This document shows, piece by piece, positions 8,892 through 15,095 of a DNA stretch of 15,095 bases. Under the pieces are notes generated by a model. The model had not been told where the DNA came from. It did no database searches and saw only the letters and a list, made by a program, of their open reading frames with translations. This DNA comes from Tubiluchus corallicola (Eukaryota; Animalia; Priapulida), in NCBI GenBank assembly GCA_030141605.1, contig JAQGDQ010002425.1, positions 33,373-48,467 on the forward strand, in the 5' to 3' direction. The translations under genes were made by a program, and so were the position numbers. Numbering within the stretch: position 1 is the stretch's first letter; every line of letters begins with the position of its first letter.

Positions 8892-10055
8892 ATGAAGACA
8901 AAATATTTAATTTCATCTATAGCAGCAATTGCTTTGTTTCTTATGTTATTATCTTGCGATACGGAAAAAATAAAAAACCTATTATATATGTTGAAAGTAA
9001 CGGATGGATTTCATATACTTGGAGGTTCTGTAGGAAGAACTGAAAAAATCGTCCGCTACTTTAATGAAAAGTGGTGTGGTAGATGAAGATGGTGATGCTG
9101 TTTTACGCACAGGAATGTACGAAAAGTTTGTATATATTACTGTTGATGGAGGAGGTTTCTCTTTCGATTTCAAAAGAGGTATTGATATTCAATTATGGGG
9201 AGGAAGCGATCAAGAAACTACAGGTACTCTTACTACAGGCACACTTGTAGAAGATGGAGATGCTATGAATGTAGAAACTACAGGATTTTATCACGTTATA
9301 GTTATAGTAGATGAGCAAACCTCAAAATATTTCCTCAACAAAGTAAATTCTTGGGAGTAATAGGGCGCTACTGCTTAGATGGGTGAATTCAGACCAAGAT
9401 CTTGATGATGAGGAGAGCTTGAGTAGTACTACTTCCTTTTGGAAGGTAGAAAATCTCGAATTAGATGAAGGTGAAATTCAAAGTTCGTTATAACGATAAT
9501 TGGAATCTTGAAATAGCTGATGATGTAGGTGGAGAGGTAAAAGCATTTACCAATCTTGGAGGTTCAATAAATGAACTTTCTCTTGGAGGAAAAAATATTT
9601 CGATGAAAGCAGAGGGCAGAGGTAGTTACACATTTACCTTAAATTATGATGTGTCTGGAAGTAAGTTTACTATAGATACAACCTACACAGGAGACCTTGC
9701 ACCTCTGCTTGCTCCAGACGAACATAGTTGGGCGCTAATAGGTGCTGCTGGAAACGGTTGGGACGATGATATAGATATGGGAAATCCTCAGATAGAAGAC
9801 AATATATATACTTATACTTTGCAACAAGATTTAAATATAGGCACATTTAAGTTTAGAGCTAATAAAGATTGGGTTTATCAGGTAAATGCAAACAATTCTA
9901 ACCTAGAAGACAAAACAAGTAATATAGAAGAAGCAGATGAAGGTAATTTCGCCTGTATAGCAGCAGGAGAATATGATATAACCTTAAAGATAACTTACTC
10001 GCCTTCTTCTTATTATTACAAGGTTATTTTTGATAACTACACCGCTGCTCCATAA
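8892..10055 (+). CDS. SusE/SusF-like surface glycan-binding lipoprotein (CBM-like repeats), split by indels
   Basis: Lipobox LLSC. Two SusE/F-type modules: (restored) SWGVIGxAT..DGW.SDQDL...GEFKVRYNDNW...NLGG, and SWALIGAAGNGWDDDIDM...GTFKFRANKDW...AGEYDITL. Track ORFs 8892..9086, 9064..9360 and 9465..10055 are fragments of one gene, with breaks near 9030-9040, 9352-9386 and 9474-9476. Confidence 0.75.
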
Positions 10056-10375
10056 AGGGGTGTAGTACAGTATTATAGTTTTTTGAAGTTGATACCCTGT
10101 ATAATTGGCAAGACAAGATGTGCAAAAACTGTGTGTGTTTAGTCTGTTTTGCTATCTGTATTGTTGAGGGAGGTTGAGATTGTAGGTTGCCTCGTCCTTT
10201 TTGTTTGAGTTTTTTGGATGTGTGTGTGTAAAAACTTGGTGTAAAAGAGCCTATTTGCGGCAAAACCAAGTAATAAAGCCTATATGTAATTTGAGGATGG
10301 TTGTTTTCATCATTCAACCGCAAAGGTTTCAAAATACCTACAGGTGGCATGGTTTTTGTTCACTACGCTCAGTTG

Positions 10376-10400
10376 CTTCTTTTTGACTGACAAAAAGAAG
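10376..10400. repeat. Perfect 10-bp inverted repeat (REP/MITE-like or terminator-like)
   Basis: CTTCTTTTTG-ACTGA-CAAAAAGAAG. Confidence 0.6.
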
Positions 10401-10480
10401 AGGAAAAAAAGGAACATAAGGAAAAAGCATTTACAAGCTTGATTAGGAGTTAAACATTAAAAAAGCTACTAATATTACTA

Positions 10481-10497
10481 ATTCTGCGTAGCAGAAT
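10481..10497. repeat. 7-bp hairpin with GCGTAGC mini-hairpin core
   Basis: ATTCTGC-GTA-GCAGAAT. d(GCGNAGC) is a known very stable ssDNA mini-hairpin. Confidence 0.55.
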
Positions 10498-10545
10498 ACA
10501 ATCGCCCTATTTTTCATAGCATAAAAAAACAAGGAGCAAAAGGCG

Positions 10546-10669
10546 AGAAGATAAGATCTTATCCGTTTCGGCAAATTTAATAGCGAATGGCGGGAAAAAG
10601 ATTTCTCAGATTCTACAAGATATTTTTCCTATACTGTAATCAGTAGTAGATGCGAATCCAAACTTATAA
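10546..10669 (+). pseudogene. Degenerate fragment of a susD 3' end, paralogous to 8745..8870
   Basis: Translates as RR*DLIRFGKFNSEWREKDFSDSTR/IFPIL*SVVDANPNL*, against RRQDLIRFGKFGIGWWEKDPSATEREIFPIPQSALDANPNL* in susD. Hand alignment gives 92/126 identical nt, two CAA>TAA nonsense changes (10552, 10637) and a 2-nt gap near 10621. Confidence 0.9.
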
Positions 10670-10798
10670 GAAGATATACTATTTGTTTCTCACATTTTTT
10701 AGTTTATAACGATAGTTATAAAGTTGGTGTTTCTCTATTGCGGTTGATGGGGTGATATCTGTTAGTTCTTATTTTTTCATAAGGGGGCAGTTAAAGAG

Positions 10799-12427
10799 TT
10801 AATAGCCAAAATTTTGCTCTAATATACCAAAAGAGTTTTCCACATCTCTTATAGGTAGAGGTAAAACGTGAAATTTTTTTATGTTAAAACTTTCTATTTT
10901 TACAGTACCAACAGGAGGAGAGACTGAGTTTCCTTGGCTGTCTTTAAAGAAATTTTCGTATTCGGGCCAAGGGGCCTCATACCCATTTTCCATAACTTCT
11001 TTTAGTTTGCCTGTTCTTACCAAATCGTACCAGCGATGACCTTCTCCTGCCAGCTCTACTCTTCTTTCGTGCAATATGGCTTCTATTAGCTCTTGCCCAG
11101 AACTTGAAACATCAGGTAAAACAGAGTTAGCTTCACCTTTTGATATTGCATACTCTCTTGCTCTTTTTCTCACTTTGTTCAAATAAGTTCTTGCTTTGTC
11201 TTCATCATCTGTTCTAGCACAAGCTTCGGCATATAATAGATAAATATCTGTCAAGCGTATGGTGCGGTCGTTATAGCCTGAATACCTCCAATCAGTAGAA
11301 TTACCAAATGTTTGCCTTTCGGAATCACTGGGTTTTCTATAAGCTTTTATAAACATATAACCTGTTTCTTGATTTATATATGTAGATGGTGTTTCTTCAA
11401 ATCTTTCTAGCTCCCAATCGAATATAGAATCTGCTGTTGCTAAAGTAAGTTCCCTTCTTTTATCTCCTTCCTCGAAAGTTTCAAATAGGTCTTTTGTAGG
11501 ATGAAAAACAGCTTTTCCTCCCGCATGGCCACACATTTGTAGAAAAAGTGCCCCGTTGCCATATTGGTCGTGAGGTCCGTCAAGCATATATTGGACTTCC
11601 AAAATAGTTTCATCACTATTTTCACCTTTTTTTCTGAATAAGTTTTCATAATCCTCTCCAGACCATAAAGGCAATTCTTTTAAGGGTTCTGCAATTTCTT
11701 TGGCTTTTTCCCATAAAGCTGAGTATTGCGAAACATTTCCATTTTCATCGTATTTTCCTGCCCATTGTGCATATGCTTTTACCAATAGCCCGCGAGCAGT
11801 CCTCTTTGAAAGCCTGCCCTCTCGTTTTACGTCTGTTTCTGGAAACTCTTCGGTGTTTAAAGCGTCTAGTGCATCTCTTTCTACTTGTTCATAAGTTTCA
11901 TCGCGTGTGTTCCTTGGTAGCTTATTGAATTCGCTGGGAGAAATAGTTGTATATACAGGCACTCCACCAAAAGCTCTTACTAAGTTGAAATAATAGTAGG
12001 CTCTTAAGCATTTGGCTTCTGCAATCTTCTCTCTTTTGTATGTCGCATCATTTATTGGGTTGTCTCCTGCTTCTAAATTGTTGATTATTTCATTTGCTCT
12101 TGAAATACCTCTATACGAAGAATTCCAGATGTAATTAGAGATAGGAGAATTAAATAAGTTTTCGTAAAAACATAGATTGTTCCATCCTCCTTCGTCTTGG
12201 CTCACTACTATGGCATCGTCGCTTGCTACATCTATTTCTCCTCTAGATCTGGAACTTTCATAGTGCATTAATGGATTATAAGCTCCTGCCATTGCTTTTT
12301 CTACCCCTTCTTTAGTAGAAAATAAAAGATCGGGGGTATCTTGCCCAAGCCTTCCTTTGTCTAAAAAATCTTTGGAGCAAGCTACAAATATCGCTAATAA
12401 TACTGCTAATGTGATAATTTTTTTCAT
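10799..12427 (-). CDS. susD: SusD/RagB family lipoprotein (second, intact)
   Basis: 542 aa. Lipobox FVAC, WNSSYRGISRANEII, AEAKCLRAYYYFNLVRAFGGVP, IRLTDIYLLYAEA, LNKVRKRA, ILHERRVELAGEGHRWYDLVR, and LPLP...LEQNFGY C-terminus. Confidence 0.95.
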   Translation of the reverse strand: MKKIITLAVLLAIFVACSKDFLDKGRLGQDTPDLLFSTKEGVEKAMAGAYNPLMHYESSRSRGEIDVASDDAIVVSQDEGGWNNLCFYENLFNSPISNYIWNSSYRGISRANEIINNLEAGDNPINDATYKREKIAEAKCLRAYYYFNLVRAFGGVPVYTTISPSEFNKLPRNTRDETYEQVERDALDALNTEEFPETDVKREGRLSKRTARGLLVKAYAQWAGKYDENGNVSQYSALWEKAKEIAEPLKELPLWSGEDYENLFRKKGENSDETILEVQYMLDGPHDQYGNGALFLQMCGHAGGKAVFHPTKDLFETFEEGDKRRELTLATADSIFDWELERFEETPSTYINQETGYMFIKAYRKPSDSERQTFGNSTDWRYSGYNDRTIRLTDIYLLYAEACARTDDEDKARTYLNKVRKRAREYAISKGEANSVLPDVSSSGQELIEAILHERRVELAGEGHRWYDLVRTGKLKEVMENGYEAPWPEYENFFKDSQGNSVSPPVGTVKIESFNIKKFHVLPLPIRDVENSFGILEQNFGY

Positions 12428-12441
12428 AATTACAAAAGTGT

Positions 12442-15093
12442 TTAAAAGTTAATAGAAGTCCCAAAACTAAATACACGTGCTTGTGGGTAGGTACCTACAT
12501 CTATCCCTTGTCCTTCCCATATTTGCTCTCCTATTTCGGGATCTAAACCTCTATACTGGGTAAATGTAAGTAGATTTTCGGCAGCAATAGACCATCGCCA
12601 ATTTGATATTTTAAGTCTTTCAGTGAATCTTCTAGGCAATGTGTAGCCTATCTGAATATTTTTTAATCTTACAAAACTACCGTCTTCAACATACCAAGAT
12701 GACATAACAAAATTTCTACTATTACTAGATCTCTCATAGGCAAACATTGTTTGGCTATGATTCTCAGGTGTCCAAGAATTATAAATGTCGCGATGTTTAT
12801 TGTTGTCGCTACCTGCATTCATCAAATAACTGTTCATAGCATTGACTATTTCAAATCCGTGCATTCCCATCCAAAACATTGACAAATCAAACCCTTTGTA
12901 ATTTAGAGCAATGGTTAATCCCCAAGTAAAATCGGGGATAGGAGATCCTAAAAAGGTCTTGTCTTCTTCATCTATTTTGCCATCGCCATTTATGTCTTTG
13001 AAAATAAAATCCCCTGCTTTTGCATCTACTTGTCCGGAAGCTGCAGCTTCTTCGTCGCTATTAAATACGCCTATGACTTCGTAACCATAGAAAGAACCTA
13101 TTTCTTGTCCTACGGCATGTTGTTTTATAAGTCCAATATCAGGCATAGAAGTTAAATTTATAGGAACATTTTCTGTACCTAATGCTAAAATTTTGTTTTT
13201 AAGAGTTCCTCCATTAAAGTTTATTTCATAGCTTAAATTTTTGTTAATATTATCTCGCCATAATATTGCAAACTCCCATCCTTTGTTAGATACTTCACCT
13301 ATGTTTACGTATGCTGCTGAAGATAAGCCAGAATAATTAGGCAAAGGTTGGCCAAGCAACATATCTTTGGTCTTTTTATCAAAATAATCTATTGACACAT
13401 TCAATTTATTAGCAATAAACCCTATGTCTACTCCTGCGTTGATAGAAGACACTGTTTCCCATCCAAAATCAGGATTGGGTAAAAAAACTACTGCTGCTCC
13501 TGTTGCTACGTTGTCGTCAAATATGTAATCGTACTGCCAACTTCCTGTGCTGACTGTTGCTTCATATTGATATAGCCCTATGTTTTGATTACCTACCTGG
13601 CCCCAACCACTACGTAATTTAAAACTACTAATGTATGTTCCCAAAAAACTATTTATGAAAAAATTCTCATTATGAATTTTCCACGCTCCTGCTATAGAAG
13701 GGAAAACACCATATCTATTTTTTTCTGAAAATACTGAAGAGCCATCACGTCTTACTGTTCCCGTAAGAAGATATCTATCATTATAATCATAGCTAAATCT
13801 TCCAATTTGTGAAATTTGTGCTTTATGGTCAGGCCTCCCGTTTGCATATTGCACCTCACTTGCAGCAGTAAGTGAAGCTCCTTCAAAATCGTTGCTTAAC
13901 ATTCCAATTTTGGTAACGTTAACATTATTTCCTTTCCATTCTTGTGCTGTGTAACCTCCTAACACAGTGAAATGATGTTGATTGATTGTTTTGTCATATG
14001 TTAAGGTGTTTTCCCATTGCCATTCTTGTGTAGTAGTCATATCGATGTTTATACTATTGGGAGAATGATTGTCGAAGTCAGAATAAAAATATTCTTTGGA
14101 AAATTGAGTCTCTGTTATATTATTAAGATCTACACCTGCTAATGTTTTAAATTTTAAACCGTTTAAAATTTCTAATTCAAGAAACCCTACAAGGTTAGAT
14201 TGTCTTCTTTCTATAATGTCGTCAAAATTTTCTGTTGCATAAGCTACGGGGTTTTTAGCAGACGAAAAAGGAGCTCCCAAATAATTACCATTATCGTCTT
14301 TTACAGGTAAGGCAGGAGTTAGTTTTTGTGCTGCATTAAGAGTGCCATTATCATACCAAGTAGGTAAAACTCTTTGTTCTGATAACATAATATTCATATC
14401 CAATCCTGCATTCAAAATATTTTTTTGAATACCAATTTTAGAGCTAACATTGGTTCTACTATAGTAAGAACCAATGACCATACCTTCGTTATCAAATTGC
14501 CCGCAACTTATGGAATAAGCAATATTCTCACTTCCTTCCATAATCGAGAAATAATGCGACTGCACAATGCCTGTTTGCGTTATTTCTTTGAACCAATCTG
14601 TTGTTCTATTCGTGTCTAATGGAGCAATCAGAATGTTAGCTGTTGGGTCGCCTTGCTTGCGTACATCAAACCATTCTTTTGAGTTTAATAAATCAGGAGA
14701 TTTCCAATAATTCTCAAAACCTACATATCCATCGTAAGAAACTCTAAAAGTGCCTTTTTCCCCTTTTTTAGTAGTAATCATTACTACACCGTTAGCACCT
14801 CTAGACCCATAAATAGCTGTTGCGGAGGCATCTTTCAAAACATCTATTCTCTCTATATCGTTAGGGTTTAAAAAATCTATATTATCCATTTGCAAACCAT
14901 CTACTACATAAAGAGGGTTGGAATTGTTGATGGTGCTTGTTCCTCGTATTCTTACTATTGTTCCTTCTCCGGGTGCTCCATTGTTTTGAAGAACATATAC
15001 ACCGGGTGTTTTTCCTTGTAAAGTTTGAGTAACATAGGGGCCTGCACTTATATTCAAGTCTTTAGCCTCAACAGAGGCAATGGCACCTGTTAC
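12442..15093 (-). CDS. susC: SusC/RagA family TonB-dependent transporter (second; 5' end beyond the right edge)
   Basis: The frame stays open upstream of the track start to the edge (VTGAIASVEAKDLNIS...). Motifs NPLYVVDG, LNPNDIERIDVLKDASATAIYGSRGANGVVMITTKKG, RRDGSS, FKDINGDGKI, VEDGSFVRLKNIQIGY and YPQARVFSFGTSINF. Confidence 0.95.
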   Translation of the reverse strand, partial: VTGAIASVEAKDLNISAGPYVTQTLQGKTPGVYVLQNNGAPGEGTIVRIRGTSTINNSNPLYVVDGLQMDNIDFLNPNDIERIDVLKDASATAIYGSRGANGVVMITTKKGEKGTFRVSYDGYVGFENYWKSPDLLNSKEWFDVRKQGDPTANILIAPLDTNRTTDWFKEITQTGIVQSHYFSIMEGSENIAYSISCGQFDNEGMVIGSYYSRTNVSSKIGIQKNILNAGLDMNIMLSEQRVLPTWYDNGTLNAAQKLTPALPVKDDNGNYLGAPFSSAKNPVAYATENFDDIIERRQSNLVGFLELEILNGLKFKTLAGVDLNNITETQFSKEYFYSDFDNHSPNSINIDMTTTQEWQWENTLTYDKTINQHHFTVLGGYTAQEWKGNNVNVTKIGMLSNDFEGASLTAASEVQYANGRPDHKAQISQIGRFSYDYNDRYLLTGTVRRDGSSVFSEKNRYGVFPSIAGAWKIHNENFFINSFLGTYISSFKLRSGWGQVGNQNIGLYQYEATVSTGSWQYDYIFDDNVATGAAVVFLPNPDFGWETVSSINAGVDIGFIANKLNVSIDYFDKKTKDMLLGQPLPNYSGLSSAAYVNIGEVSNKGWEFAILWRDNINKNLSYEINFNGGTLKNKILALGTENVPINLTSMPDIGLIKQHAVGQEIGSFYGYEVIGVFNSDEEAAASGQVDAKAGDFIFKDINGDGKIDEEDKTFLGSPIPDFTWGLTIALNYKGFDLSMFWMGMHGFEIVNAMNSYLMNAGSDNNKHRDIYNSWTPENHSQTMFAYERSSNSRNFVMSSWYVEDGSFVRLKNIQIGYTLPRRFTERLKISNWRWSIAAENLLTFTQYRGLDPEIGEQIWEGQGIDVGTYPQARVFSFGTSINF

Positions 15094-15095
15094 AT

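Noticed and set aside
7390-10055. Programmed ribosomal frameshifting, or separate small genes, in susD and susE/F
   Set aside because: There are too many breaks, in both directions, and they fall inside conserved motifs. The fragments join colinearly into ordinary single genes.
10024-10386. ORFs 10024..10350 (-) and 10201..10386 (+)
   Set aside because: No recognisable family. Their composition mirrors the local G/T skew, they overlap each other, and the first also overlaps the susE/F end.
10552-10639. TAA at two conserved Gln positions as stop-codon recoding
   Set aside because: TAA ends most genes in the window, the fragment also has a frameshift and no start, and C>T transitions explain both changes.
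8745-10669. susD tail repeat as a diversity-generating retroelement VR/TR pair
   Set aside because: Mismatches involve all four bases and concentrate at synonymous sites rather than adenines. No reverse transcriptase is in the window.
273-14619. Short ORFs in the track (273..497, 1302..1538, 3110..3319, 4616..4897, 4684..5028, 6027..6248, 8028..8237, 8648..8884, 8982..9173, 11440..11649, 11700..11894, 14425..14619)
   Set aside because: They are antisense or alternate-frame shadows of well-supported genes and show no recognisable motifs.
5040-14845. Oppositely oriented susC genes as an invertible susCD shufflon
   Set aside because: The similarity I saw is limited to conserved protein motifs with many synonymous differences. 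I found no long identical inverted repeat and no recombinase gene in the window.
1-15095. CRISPR array, tRNA/rRNA genes or an intact IS element
   Set aside because: No regularly spaced repeats, recognisable RNA-gene signatures or transposase ORF were seen.

Overview
AT-rich Bacteroidota-type carbohydrate-utilisation region (SusC/SusD genes, TAnnTTTG promoters, no Shine-Dalgarno-type starts). Left, minus strand: an operon of a DoxX-family membrane protein, two twin-arginine Gfo/Idh/MocA oxidoreductases (one resembling, from memory, B. thetaiotaomicron BT2158) and a lipoprotein that runs off the window and may be DUF1080. Together these look like a 3-keto-glycoside (oxidation/elimination/hydration) cleavage pathway. 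Divergent from it, plus strand: susC-susD-susE/F-like, probably alpha-glucan related, with no glycoside hydrolase gene in the window. susD, susE/F and the 5' ends of susC and doxX are broken by small, mostly homopolymer indels that look like long-read errors. Next come a ~490-bp hairpin-rich non-coding segment and a decayed second copy of the susD 3' end (about 73% nt identity by hand alignment), which the ORF track misses. Right, minus strand: an intact convergent susD and a susC truncated by the window edge. No RNA genes, CRISPR arrays, transposases or recombinases were recognised. All family calls come from motif reading, not database searches.
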